Source: Syntrophorhabdaceae bacterium
GTDB lineage: Bacteria; Desulfobacterota; Syntrophorhabdia; Syntrophorhabdales; Syntrophorhabdaceae
Direction of reading: 5' to 3'
Assembly (NCBI GenBank): GCA_963665295.1
Contig: OY762209.1
Span: 4,384,001 to 4,448,000, forward strand
DNA length: 64,000 bases
Part shown: positions 30,953-40,787 of the stretch, piece by piece
Position numbering within the stretch: position 1 is the stretch's first letter
How the letters are laid out: each line of letters opens with the position of its first letter
Notes under the pieces: model-generated
Seen by the model: the letters and a program-made list of their open reading frames with translations, nothing else
The model's database searches: none
Told to the model about the DNA's origin: nothing
Translations under genes and position numbers: made by a program

Positions 30953-32534
30953 ACGGGCCATAGTCTATCCATCCCTGCTCTTCGGCATTCTCTTTCTCCT
31001 TATTTCGATAACAGGGTACCTTCAAATACGGATAACCCAGAAGAATATCGGAAACCTCCTTCTGGACGAAGGCGAAATCCTGTTCAAGCACGTGAAAAGA
31101 GAGATCGACCTGAACCTTGAGTACCTTGATCAACTCGACAGGTCTCCCTCCCTGATAACGCCAAACCTTATCACGCTCATGTCATACGACGAGGCTATCG
31201 TGGAGGACCTTTACAACCTCATTCACAGCACGCCCGACGTGCCTCGGGAGCTTCCCTTTTCCAACCTGCTGGCAATGGACGACAAGGGTCGGACAATCTT
31301 CAGAAGGGGGGCCATAACCGTGCCTCCTGCCCGTGTGAAGCGGCTTCTCTCGGGTCAACTGGGGACCGTGGTGAGGATGCCTGACGCAAAAGACCGGACT
31401 CTCTTCATGGGGGTCAGGCTGAAGGACTCCATGGTGTTTGTGGTCCTGAATGACGGCGAGTTGAGGGCCCTCCGGAAGAAACTGGTGGTCAAGGATATCC
31501 TTGAAAGGGAGGAGAAGGGCTTTAACATTGTCGGTATAACCGTCTACGACTCGACAAATTCCCCTTTTGTCACGCTGGTCGGAAGGAAAGACAAGGCCTT
31601 TACCCTCCGCAAGACGCTCGGCTCCAGGTTCTTGCCCGGTTACACGCTGGAAGTCCTTATATCCCGGCAACCGGCCGACAATACCCTCAAAAGGACCGCT
31701 TTCAGCTTCATTGTCATGCTCCTTCTTCTTGCCCTGTCGGGAGCCTTGAGTACCTATGCCATATTCCTCCTGGAAAGAAGACACCGGGACAAGATGAAGG
31801 ACGTGGAAAAGGATATGGAACTGAAAGAAAGACTTGTCTCCCTGGGGAGACTCGCCTCCGGCATGGCCCATGAAATACGGAACCCGCTCAACGCCATCAG
31901 TATGTCGGCCCAGAGACTGAAGAGAGAATTTACTCCCGAAAAAGATCGGGAAGAATATTACAAATTTATCGATATCATGAGGGGAGAGCTTCTCAGAGTG
32001 AACAGGATCGTCGAGGAATTTCTCCTTTCCACCAGATCTCACGTTCCATTTGTCACTGAAAACCTCTATACTTTCATAGAGGAACTGGTTATGGTGCTCA
32101 CGGAAAAAGCACGGTCACAGGAAATCGTCCTGGCAAACAAGGTGGATTCGGTCATCACCCTCGAATGTCAGAAGGAACGGTTGAAACAGGCCCTCTACAA
32201 CCTCGTGCTTAACGGCATGGAAGCGATCAAGAACGGAGGGACGATTGAAATTGCCACGGAGCTGAAAGGCAAGACCGTGGAGCTTTCCATAAAAGACTCG
32301 GGACCTGGAATAAAGGCGGAAGACCTCCATACCATATTCGAGTATTATTATACAAGCAAGGATAAAGGGATGGGATTGGGCCTTCCTATATCATACATGA
32401 TCGTCAAAGATCACGGGGGCGACATAAAGGTGACAAGCGAGGAAGGAAAAGGCGCGACCTTTACAATAACGCTCCCCCTCATTCATCCGGTTACGGGAGA
32501 ACAAACGTCCACGCCGGACAGAATACCAAAATAA
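30942..32534 (+). CDS. Membrane sensor histidine kinase (ZraS-like)
   Basis: Two TMs, H-box LASGMAHEIRNPL, N-box NLVLNGMEA, G1 DSGPGI, G2 GMGLGL. Confidence 0.92.
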   Translation: MEDKRAIVYPSLLFGILFLLISITGYLQIRITQKNIGNLLLDEGEILFKHVKREIDLNLEYLDQLDRSPSLITPNLITLMSYDEAIVEDLYNLIHSTPDVPRELPFSNLLAMDDKGRTIFRRGAITVPPARVKRLLSGQLGTVVRMPDAKDRTLFMGVRLKDSMVFVVLNDGELRALRKKLVVKDILEREEKGFNIVGITVYDSTNSPFVTLVGRKDKAFTLRKTLGSRFLPGYTLEVLISRQPADNTLKRTAFSFIVMLLLLALSGALSTYAIFLLERRHRDKMKDVEKDMELKERLVSLGRLASGMAHEIRNPLNAISMSAQRLKREFTPEKDREEYYKFIDIMRGELLRVNRIVEEFLLSTRSHVPFVTENLYTFIEELVMVLTEKARSQEIVLANKVDSVITLECQKERLKQALYNLVLNGMEAIKNGGTIEIATELKGKTVELSIKDSGPGIKAEDLHTIFEYYYTSKDKGMGLGLPISYMIVKDHGGDIKVTSEEGKGATFTITLPLIHPVTGEQTSTPDRIPK

Positions 32535-32568
32535 CGGACGCATGGATAACGCGTCAGAGGATAACACC

Positions 32569-33921
32569 ATGGACAGGATAAACATATTGATAGTGGAAGA
32601 TGAGGAAACACAAAGGTCTCTCCTCGCGGGCCTCCTGAAGAAGGAAGGCTACCCCGTCTACGAGGGGCCGGACGGAGAGACGGCCATTGCCATATTCAGG
32701 AAAACACCCGTTGAGATCGCCCTTCTCGATTACAAGCTCCCTGATACGGACGGTCTTACCCTTCTTAAAAGGATGAAAGAGATAAACCCGGAGGTGGAGG
32801 TGGTCATGATCACCGCTTTCGGGAGCATAGAAAACGCGGTGGAAGCCTTGAAGGCGGGTGCGTCGGAATACCTGACGAAGCCGATCGACATCGACGATCT
32901 GCTGTTCAAGATAAAGAGAATAGAAGAGAAGACTCATCTCGTCAAGGAAAACAGGGTACTAAAGGAAACATTGAAGGACCGCTTCAAATCTGAGGCCTTC
33001 ATCTATTCAGGGGAAGGCATGCACGAGGTGGCAAGCCTCGTGGTGAGGGTTGCGCGAACGGACTCCACTTGTATCATAGAAGGCGAAAGCGGGGTCGGCA
33101 AGGAAGTCGTGGTCAACCTCATTCACGAACTGAGTGAAAGAAAAAACATGCCTCTCGTAAAGTTGAATTGCGCCGCCATACCGGAGTCCCTTCTCGAAAG
33201 CGAACTCTTCGGGTACGAAAAGGGGGCCTTCACCGGGGCGTACCAGAGGAAGATAGGCAAGTTCGAGCTTGCGAACAAAGGGACCATTTTCCTGGACGAA
33301 ATAGGTGATATCTCGCCCTTGCTCCAATCCAAGCTTCTACGGGCGATACAGGAAAGGGAGATCGAGAGGCTCGGGGGACTTCATACACTCAAAGTGGATG
33401 TAAGGATCATAGTTGCCACAAACAAACACCTCGAAGAGGAGGTTAAGAAGGGGTCCTTCAGAGAAGATCTCTATTACAGGCTGAATGTGGTAAAGATAAC
33501 CGTGCCTCCCTTGCGCGACCGAAAGGAGGACATTCCCCTTCTCATTGAATATTTCACCAAGAAATTCAACGACAGGCACAAACGCAACATAAAAGGGGTG
33601 ACCAGGGAGGCAAGGGATATACTGTTGAAATATGACTACCCCGGAAACGTGCGGGAGCTTGAAAACATCATAGAACGGGCAATAGTCCTTACGAGGGGTG
33701 ATTACATCTCCGTGGAGGATCTCCCTTCGGTTTCAGGAAAGGTGCCGCCTTCCTCCGAAGGAGGCATGAACGAGGTGGTGGAATCCATGGAAAAACACAT
33801 GCTCATAGATGCCCTCACGCAAAACGACTGGGTGCAGATCAAGGCGGCGCTGCAATTGGGAATAAGCGAGAGGATGCTGCGCTATAAGATGAAGAAGTAT
33901 AACATAGCTAAGGAACAGTAA
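32569..33921 (+). CDS. Sigma54-dependent response regulator (REC-AAA-HTH, ZraR/NtrC family)
   Basis: Receiver domain, GESGVGKE, GAFTGA, FREDLYYRLNV, C-terminal Fis HTH. Confidence 0.94.
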   Translation: MDRINILIVEDEETQRSLLAGLLKKEGYPVYEGPDGETAIAIFRKTPVEIALLDYKLPDTDGLTLLKRMKEINPEVEVVMITAFGSIENAVEALKAGASEYLTKPIDIDDLLFKIKRIEEKTHLVKENRVLKETLKDRFKSEAFIYSGEGMHEVASLVVRVARTDSTCIIEGESGVGKEVVVNLIHELSERKNMPLVKLNCAAIPESLLESELFGYEKGAFTGAYQRKIGKFELANKGTIFLDEIGDISPLLQSKLLRAIQEREIERLGGLHTLKVDVRIIVATNKHLEEEVKKGSFREDLYYRLNVVKITVPPLRDRKEDIPLLIEYFTKKFNDRHKRNIKGVTREARDILLKYDYPGNVRELENIIERAIVLTRGDYISVEDLPSVSGKVPPSSEGGMNEVVESMEKHMLIDALTQNDWVQIKAALQLGISERMLRYKMKKYNIAKEQ

Positions 33922-34119
33922 ATACCGACCGGGCAGCCTGCGACCGGATCAGGAGGTCCATTGCTGCCCCGGTAGGCAGACCCGGCAGCAGGCGGTCGGC
34001 CTACCGCCTCATTTTTTCGTTACTTTTTTCGAAAGACCCTGCTATGATATAGCGAATTGTGAAGTGAAATTTTCGGGGGCTGCAGAAGATGCAACTCCAT
34101 ACAAGAGGTATGTAAGGTA

Positions 34120-35274
34120 TTGTCCTCCGCCGGCAAGCAGAAGAGCCCCACCACCTATGCCATCTCTGTCTCGGGAGAGAAGGGCGGCCCTGTAACACTC
34201 ATGATATCGGGACGCATGGCTCTCGAGAATATAGAAAAGATACTGGCCGAGGTCACATCCATTTTCGACGAGCACCTCCCGTCCGGAGTTACCCTCGATC
34301 TCGCAGGCATTGAATTCATGGACAGCGCGGGGGCCTTGCTCCTTTTCCAGTTGGAGGATATCGCCACCCGGCGCTCCTTGCCGTTTTCGGTGGTAAGTCT
34401 ATCGAAAAAGGCAGACGACATGCTCGGCCTTATCGACAAGCAGGCCCTTACCATGAAACCCATCAACCCGAGAGAGCGGTACATGGGCTTCATGGAAGAG
34501 ATCGGGGTGAGTTGCCTCGCCATGATCAGCGACGTGGCAAGATTCATAACCTTCGGTGGTACCCTCATTGCCGAGATTATCTCGTCCCTCCTTCATCCCA
34601 CCACCGTGAGGTGGGGCGACACGCTCAACTATATGAAAAAGGCGGGCGTGGACGGCCTTCCCATTCTCGGCCTCATCAGTTTCCTTCTCGGCCTTATTAT
34701 GGCTTTCATGTCCTCCTTGCAACTCAAACAGTTCGGCGCAAACATATACGTGGCGTCCCTCGTGGGACTCGCCATGGTAAGAGAACTCGGTCCCATCATA
34801 ACCGCCATCCTCGTGGCGGGAAGGTCGGGTTCCGCCTTCGCCGCCGAAATCGGGACCATGAAGGTCAATGAGGAAGTCGACGCCCTCGTGACTATGGGTT
34901 TCGAGCCCATAAGGTTCCTCGCCATACCCAAGGTCTTTGCCGCCATGGTCGTGGTCCCCATCCTCACCCTCTTCTCCGATGTGTTCGCCATCTTCGGCGG
35001 ACTTCTCGTGGGGGTTATAGGGCTGGAGATTACCCCTTATACCTACCTTCGTCAGACAGCAAGTTCCTTTGATAGTTTCGATATCGTGGCGGGGACCGTG
35101 AAGTCCATGGTCTTCGCAGTGTTGATCGCGGGAATCGGGTGCCAGAGAGGTTTCGAGGTCAGGGGCGGAGCGGAGGCCGTGGGTAACGCAACCACGTCCG
35201 CCGTGGTGTCTTCATTATTTCTCATCATTGTGACAGACTCGACGTTTGCCATAATACTCAACTACATACGGTAA
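34120..35274 (+). CDS. mlaE: MlaE-family ABC permease with N-terminal STAS domain
   Basis: LDLAGIEFMDSAG (STAS), RELGPIITAILVAGRSGSAFAAEIGTMKVNEEVDAL. Confidence 0.88.
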   Translation: MSSAGKQKSPTTYAISVSGEKGGPVTLMISGRMALENIEKILAEVTSIFDEHLPSGVTLDLAGIEFMDSAGALLLFQLEDIATRRSLPFSVVSLSKKADDMLGLIDKQALTMKPINPRERYMGFMEEIGVSCLAMISDVARFITFGGTLIAEIISSLLHPTTVRWGDTLNYMKKAGVDGLPILGLISFLLGLIMAFMSSLQLKQFGANIYVASLVGLAMVRELGPIITAILVAGRSGSAFAAEIGTMKVNEEVDALVTMGFEPIRFLAIPKVFAAMVVVPILTLFSDVFAIFGGLLVGVIGLEITPYTYLRQTASSFDSFDIVAGTVKSMVFAVLIAGIGCQRGFEVRGGAEAVGNATTSAVVSSLFLIIVTDSTFAIILNYIR

Positions 35275-35283
35275 GGTGCACAG

Positions 35284-36063
35284 GTGAGCAACAGCGTTCA
35301 GGCCATGACGAGGGACAGGGAAAAGGTCATATCCGTGCGGGGACTGACAGTCCGTTACGGCGAAAACACGATACTCGAAGACGTGGACCTCGAGGTGTTC
35401 AAGGGAGAAATCCTCGTCATCGCGGGAGGGAGCGGTTGCGGCAAATCGACCCTGCTCAAGCACGTAATGGGGCTGTCAAAGCCTTCGGCGGGCCGGGTAG
35501 TGATCAACGATGTTGACATTACCACCACAGATTATGATATGTTGACCCGGTTGCGCAAGGGAATCGGCATGCTCTTCCAATCCAGCGCCCTCTTCGGGTC
35601 TATGACGATATCCGAGAACGTATCTCTGCCCCTCGAAACATTTACCGACCTCTCTCACGAGACCATCACCCTCATTATGAGAATGAAACTGGGGATGGTG
35701 GGATTGGCCGGGTACGAAAACCATTTTCCCGCCGAACTCTCCGGAGGGATGCAGAAGAGGGCAGGCATCGCAAGGGCCATGGCCATGGACCCCGGTATAC
35801 TCTTCTTCGACGAACCATCCGCGGGTCTGGACCCTATTACCGCGGCAGGCCTTGACCGACTCATCAAGAGCATCAACGAGTCCATGGGCACCACAATGGT
35901 GATTGTCACCCACGAGTTGGCATCCATCTTTGCGGTAGCTCAGAGGATAATCATGCTTGACCGGAGCAAGAAAGGCATCATCGCGGAAGGCGACCCGTGG
36001 GAGCTTAAGGAAAAATCCGCCGATCCCCTCGTAAGGAATTTCTTCAACAGGCAGCCGGCATGA
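35284..36063 (+). CDS. mlaF: MlaF-family ABC ATP-binding protein
   Basis: GGSGCGKST, LSGGMQKR, FFDEPSAGLDP, VTHEL. Confidence 0.88.
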   Translation: MSNSVQAMTRDREKVISVRGLTVRYGENTILEDVDLEVFKGEILVIAGGSGCGKSTLLKHVMGLSKPSAGRVVINDVDITTTDYDMLTRLRKGIGMLFQSSALFGSMTISENVSLPLETFTDLSHETITLIMRMKLGMVGLAGYENHFPAELSGGMQKRAGIARAMAMDPGILFFDEPSAGLDPITAAGLDRLIKSINESMGTTMVIVTHELASIFAVAQRIIMLDRSKKGIIAEGDPWELKEKSADPLVRNFFNRQPA

Positions 36064-36090
36064 AGGGAAAGGCACAGAAGGGATATAACC

Positions 36091-37020
36091 ATGCTTAAGA
36101 AACAGACATATTTTACGGTGGGCCTTTTTGTGATCATAGGGGTCGTTCTGGGTGCAGCGGCCATTGTGTGGGTAAGCACGACCAAATACTTCAAGAAAGG
36201 TGCATCTTTCGTTACCTATTTCGACGAGTCCGTTCAGGGACTCCAGGTCGACTCCATAGTGAAATATCGAGGAGTCGACGTAGGAAGGGTCGAAAAGATC
36301 GGGGTGGCGCCTGACTACCGCCTCATAGAGGTGGTAATGAAGATAGACTTCAAGGGAGATGTGATGCGCGAAACCGTGGCCAAGCTCCAGATGGCAGGCA
36401 TCACGGGTATTGTCTTCGTGGATCTGGACCGGAGAATACAGGGAGATGCCACGCCCTCACCAAAAATAACCTTCCCCACCCAGTATCCCGTCATACCGTC
36501 CCATCCTTCGGACATACAGCAGATATCTTCAGGGGTAAATGAGATAGTGGGAAGGATAAAGAAGGTGGACTTTCAAGCCATATCGGACGAAGTGCTGAGC
36601 ACCACCAAGGCCATGCAGTCGGTGATCGGTGGGGCTGCCGCGAAAAAGATGGTGGCAAACCTGGAATCGATAACAACCCGCCTTTCCAACACGACTGCGA
36701 GGATTGACAAGGTTGTGGAGGCAGGCGCCATCGAGGCCATCATCATGGAGGCTCAAGGCGCCATAAAGGATGCGAGGGGACTCATGGCGCGACTCAAGGC
36801 TGAAATTGATGCCGTCGATGTGTCCGAGACTGCCCGAAGGACCAATGCTCTCCTCGAAAATGCCGCAAAGAAGACCAACGCGGTCTCTATTGAGGCTCAG
36901 GTTACCCTGGAAAACCTTCGAAATGCATCCGAAACGCTTGACGGTCTTTTGAACAGACTGAAGGCGGACCCGTCCGAGATTATCTTCAGTTCACCGCCAA
37001 ACCAGGGGAGACAGAAATGA
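36091..37020 (+). CDS. mlaD: MCE/MlaD-family protein
   Basis: N-terminal TM, ESVQGLQVDSIVKYRGVDVGRV, helical C-terminus. Confidence 0.85.
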   Translation: MLKKQTYFTVGLFVIIGVVLGAAAIVWVSTTKYFKKGASFVTYFDESVQGLQVDSIVKYRGVDVGRVEKIGVAPDYRLIEVVMKIDFKGDVMRETVAKLQMAGITGIVFVDLDRRIQGDATPSPKITFPTQYPVIPSHPSDIQQISSGVNEIVGRIKKVDFQAISDEVLSTTKAMQSVIGGAAAKKMVANLESITTRLSNTTARIDKVVEAGAIEAIIMEAQGAIKDARGLMARLKAEIDAVDVSETARRTNALLENAAKKTNAVSIEAQVTLENLRNASETLDGLLNRLKADPSEIIFSSPPNQGRQK

Positions 37021-37679
37021 TGATGAAGAATATAAGAGGAAGGATGATATCATTAGCAATCAGGATACAGATGGTGGGCGTATGCGCCCTTCTTCTCGCC
37101 GGATGTTTTCCAGGCGCCAAGGCTCCGCTCATGGTCGATCATTATACCCTTGAGTATGCCTCTCCCGCCTTCGGTAATATCAAGGCAGTCAGCGAAGCTA
37201 TCAGGGTCGAACGTTTCGCGGTGGCCCAAGCCTACAATACTACCTCCATGCTATACAAGCCCGCGCCCTATAAACTGGAAGCATACGGCTCCGCCCGGTG
37301 GCGGGTCGGACCTGGAGATATTCTCTCCGACTATCTGGTCCGCGATATAAGATCGGCCGGTATATTCCGGGGTGCCTTCTCCTATCGTGAGGGCGAGAGT
37401 GCAAGGTTCGTGCTTGAGGGCGGAGTGGAGGAATTTCTCGAGGTCGATGAGAAGAACAAGGGGACCGCGCTTCTCATCGTGAGAATAGCCCTTATAGACT
37501 CAAAGGAAACGGAGAGCACCAAAAGGCTCGTCTTTCAAAAAAGCTACCGCTTTGCGGAGCCCTTGGCGGAACAGTCGGCCAAATCCCTTGCGGAAGGTAT
37601 GAGTGTTGCGGTACAAAGGCTGTCAGAGCAGGCCTTGAAGGACGTCCTGGAGTCCGTGCAGCGTCTGAACGCCACGTAA
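37017..37679 (+). CDS. PqiC-like ABC-transport auxiliary lipoprotein
   Basis: Lipobox LLAGC; last gene of the mlaEFD operon. Confidence 0.8.
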   Translation: MMMKNIRGRMISLAIRIQMVGVCALLLAGCFPGAKAPLMVDHYTLEYASPAFGNIKAVSEAIRVERFAVAQAYNTTSMLYKPAPYKLEAYGSARWRVGPGDILSDYLVRDIRSAGIFRGAFSYREGESARFVLEGGVEEFLEVDEKNKGTALLIVRIALIDSKETESTKRLVFQKSYRFAEPLAEQSAKSLAEGMSVAVQRLSEQALKDVLESVQRLNAT

Positions 37680-37754
37680 AAGGACCCGCCGCCGTGCGTC
37701 CTCCGGGACGTTCGGTTTTGTGGCATAATAAAAAGAAGACTGAGGGAGGCAAAA

Positions 37755-39404
37755 ATTCGACCCCGAAAGATAAAACAAGATAAGACGGGGGACCCGGCCA
37801 TACCGGTTGTCCCTAAAGACGGTACAGTAAGCTGCCGCACCTCTCTCGCCACAACAAACCGCAAGCTCCATTTCCTTCTTGAACTCGGTGAGATCATCGG
37901 TCTCGACCTTGAGATTGACGACATGCTTGTGAGGATAGCCGGGAAGGCAGCCCAAATCACTGAGTCGGAACGGTTTGCCATACTCCTCTATGACCAGGAC
38001 ACCAATGAACTATGGAGCAGGATCCCCACACCCCAAGGCGAGAAGGTCCTGAGGATGCCTTCTCGCCTTGGCATCGCGGGGTACAGTTTCACCACGGGCA
38101 TGACCGTAAATGTAAAAGACGCCCAAAGAGACAAAAGATTCTACAAAAATATCGATATCCTCTCCGGCCATCAGACGAGGAGTATTCTCAGTGTGCCGTT
38201 TCACGGCAGATCAGGCCAGCCTTTGGGCGTTATCGAACTCATAAACAAGAGCCGAGGGTTTTTCACAAAGGAGGATGAGACTTTTCTCAAGACATTCAGC
38301 AATTACATAAAGGTCTTTATTGAAGTCGCCCAACTCCAGAAAGCCCGCCTCGATGCAATGAAACAGTCCAGGGAGGAATTGGAGCATCTCAACAGGGCAA
38401 AGGGTAAAGCCCTGGACCACCTTTCCCATGAACTGAAAACCCCTCTCGCCTTAATGCAGGGTGTGACCAGGCTTCTCGACCACAAACTGGGCAAGGACGA
38501 GGCGCAGGCCCCCCTTTTGCACCTTCTCGATATTCTTCAGAGGAATATCTCCCGTCTGTTCAAGATGGAGGAGGAGACAGAAAAGATCATCAGGGCTTAT
38601 CGCGAAATAGAAGGACGATTCATACTCAAGGAATTCGACCGTCTCTGGGCCCGCCTTGCCGATGTGACAACCATCCCTCCCCACGTAAGGACCAAGGTCG
38701 CCGACCTTCACGCATGGCTCGCCGGCCACCTTCCCCACAGCCCTGCCTCCTTTGAGCATATTCTCGTGGCGCCCTTTGTCGAGGAAAGAATCGAACGGGC
38801 AAAACAAGAGATCCCCTACCGCACACTGTCTTTCTCAGTCATCGGAGGAGAAGGCCTCTACGTCCTCTCCGACCCGGCTATGCTGGCGAGCATCGTGGAC
38901 GGCCTTCTGAAGAACGCCATCGAAAACACGCCCGATGAAGGGAAGATCACCGTGATCGTGGAGGGGACACGGGATCACTTTATATTGAAGGTACAGGACT
39001 TCGGTGTGGGCATTACCGAGGAAAACAAGGGACGTGTCCTCGACGGTCTTTTTCATACCCAGGAGACGGTTGATTACGGTTCAAAAAGGCCCTACGACTT
39101 CAACGCGGGCGGTAAAGGCCTCGACCTCCTCCTCATGAGAATTTATGGTCACCTGTTCGGATTTCGCTTGTCTGTGGAAAGCCGGAGATGTACTTATTTA
39201 CCTACAGACAAAGACCTTTGTCCCGGCAGGATATCCCTCTGTACCCACTGTAAAAACCCTGAAATGTGCCTGGAGTCCGGAGGAAGTATTTTTTCGGTAT
39301 TCTTTTCCCTTACCGGTCAATATGTGTTAAAATACAACGAAAGTTCAGTTAGCGTTTTAGAAAAGGATAGGGTAGAGCATGAACAGGAAGGAGCCTCTGA
39401 TTGA
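37755..39404 (+). CDS. Cytoplasmic GAF-domain histidine kinase with Cys-rich C-terminal insert (start uncertain; first ATG at 37923)
   Basis: GAF domain, H-box LSHELKTPL, LLKNAIENT, DFGVGI, GGKGLDL. The frame is open from 37680 with no ATG/GTG/TTG before 37923. Confidence 0.8.
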   Translation: MRPRKIKQDKTGDPAIPVVPKDGTVSCRTSLATTNRKLHFLLELGEIIGLDLEIDDMLVRIAGKAAQITESERFAILLYDQDTNELWSRIPTPQGEKVLRMPSRLGIAGYSFTTGMTVNVKDAQRDKRFYKNIDILSGHQTRSILSVPFHGRSGQPLGVIELINKSRGFFTKEDETFLKTFSNYIKVFIEVAQLQKARLDAMKQSREELEHLNRAKGKALDHLSHELKTPLALMQGVTRLLDHKLGKDEAQAPLLHLLDILQRNISRLFKMEEETEKIIRAYREIEGRFILKEFDRLWARLADVTTIPPHVRTKVADLHAWLAGHLPHSPASFEHILVAPFVEERIERAKQEIPYRTLSFSVIGGEGLYVLSDPAMLASIVDGLLKNAIENTPDEGKITVIVEGTRDHFILKVQDFGVGITEENKGRVLDGLFHTQETVDYGSKRPYDFNAGGKGLDLLLMRIYGHLFGFRLSVESRRCTYLPTDKDLCPGRISLCTHCKNPEMCLESGGSIFSVFFSLTGQYVLKYNESSVSVLEKDRVEHEQEGASD

Positions 39405-40131
39405 TCTCTTGATCCACGACCTTACAGGTCCTATTTCGATCGTGCTTACAAGCGTCAGGAACCTCCTCGACAAAGAGGATAAATACAAAGACTCCACCCG
39501 CCGGAGAGAGGTCCTGGAGAGGATTCTCAGGAATTCCAGCAAAGCCAAAACCCTGTTGCAGGAGCTTGTCGAGGTGTACCGGTCAGAGGAAGGTCGGTTC
39601 TGCGTGGAGAGCGTTCCCGTGCGAGATCTCATGCGGGAGGCTTTTCTCGACGCATTTGAGATCACCAACTCCGCCGAGACGGAGAAGCTGTTATGTTGCG
39701 CCACCAATAACGATTTTTTCAACACCCTTCGGGCAAACGATATCATGGTGGAAGTATCCGGAAAATACGGTGACGCACCTTTTTCTCACGATTACAGGAA
39801 GGTGAGACAGATCGTGCGCAATCTCATCAGCAATGCGTTAAAGCACCGCAAGAAACAGGTAATTGTCTCCATAAGCGGGGAGACCGACCTCGTCGTCTCG
39901 GTGCAGGACGACGGGTGCGGAATATCCGGGAAGGAACAGGAAGAAGTGTTCAACAGGTTTGCCAATTTGACCGACAAGACTAATATTGATGTACAAGGGC
40001 TGGGATTCGGCCTTTCATGCGTGAAAACGCTGATAGATGCGATCGGGGGAGAGATCATGGTCAAAAGTGGGGAAGGCGCGGGCACGTGTTTTACCGTTCG
40101 CATCCCTCCCCTCTCTGAACCAAAACTTTGA
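39379..40131 (+). CDS. Sensor-less histidine kinase (HisKA-HATPase)
   Basis: LIHDLTGP, NLISNALK, DDGCGI, GLGFGL. Confidence 0.85.
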   Translation: MNRKEPLIDLLIHDLTGPISIVLTSVRNLLDKEDKYKDSTRRREVLERILRNSSKAKTLLQELVEVYRSEEGRFCVESVPVRDLMREAFLDAFEITNSAETEKLLCCATNNDFFNTLRANDIMVEVSGKYGDAPFSHDYRKVRQIVRNLISNALKHRKKQVIVSISGETDLVVSVQDDGCGISGKEQEEVFNRFANLTDKTNIDVQGLGFGLSCVKTLIDAIGGEIMVKSGEGAGTCFTVRIPPLSEPKL

Positions 40132-40148
40132 GCAAGGAGGAAGGAGAT

Positions 40149-40658
40149 ATGAGCAATTCAATTTTGGACGGCAAGAAAATCCTGGCTGTAGATGACGAAC
40201 CGGATGTGTTGAGCGTGCTTCAAGAAGAGATCATGGATGCCTGCCCGAACTGTAAGTTCGAGAAGGCTACCAACTATGAGGATGCCACCAAGCTGCTCGA
40301 ATCCAACACCTACGATGTGGTTATCCTGGACATCATGGGCGTTCGCGGGTTTGACCTCCTTGAAACTGCGGTAAAGAGGGGGTTTAAGGTGGCTATGCTC
40401 ACCGCACATGCCTTATCACCGGAGGCGTTGAAACGCTCCATCGAATTGAAGGCACGGGCCTATCTTCCCAAGGAGAAACTCGGAGAGATAGTTCCTTTCC
40501 TCGAAGACCTGCTCAAGCTGGATTACGAGAGCGGCTGGAACCGCCTCTTCGAGAAACTCTATGGGTTCTTTACAGAGAAGTTCGAGTCCGACTGGGAAAA
40601 GAAGACAGGCGCAACCTGGCAGGAATGGGTGCGTGAAAGCTCGATAAAGAAGAAATAA
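40149..40658 (+). CDS. Response regulator receiver protein
   Basis: ILAVDDEPD, VILDIMG, MLTAHA; no DNA-binding output domain. Confidence 0.87.
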   Translation: MSNSILDGKKILAVDDEPDVLSVLQEEIMDACPNCKFEKATNYEDATKLLESNTYDVVILDIMGVRGFDLLETAVKRGFKVAMLTAHALSPEALKRSIELKARAYLPKEKLGEIVPFLEDLLKLDYESGWNRLFEKLYGFFTEKFESDWEKKTGATWQEWVRESSIKKK

Positions 40659-40675
40659 AACTATTCCCAAGTTCC

Positions 40676-40717
40676 GGCTGCAACTTCCGAGTCGCATAAT
40701 CCGCGGGAGTTGCAGCC
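40676..40717. terminator. Stem-loop between convergent genes
   Basis: GGCTGCAACTTCCG / CGGGAGTTGCAGCC 14-bp inverted repeat; no clear U-tract. Confidence 0.5.
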
Positions 40718-40787
40718 CATATCACCCGCCGCAGCAGGCCGGTCCCTCTCAGAAAGGGTTCAGTTACAAAAATCTATTCCGGAACCA

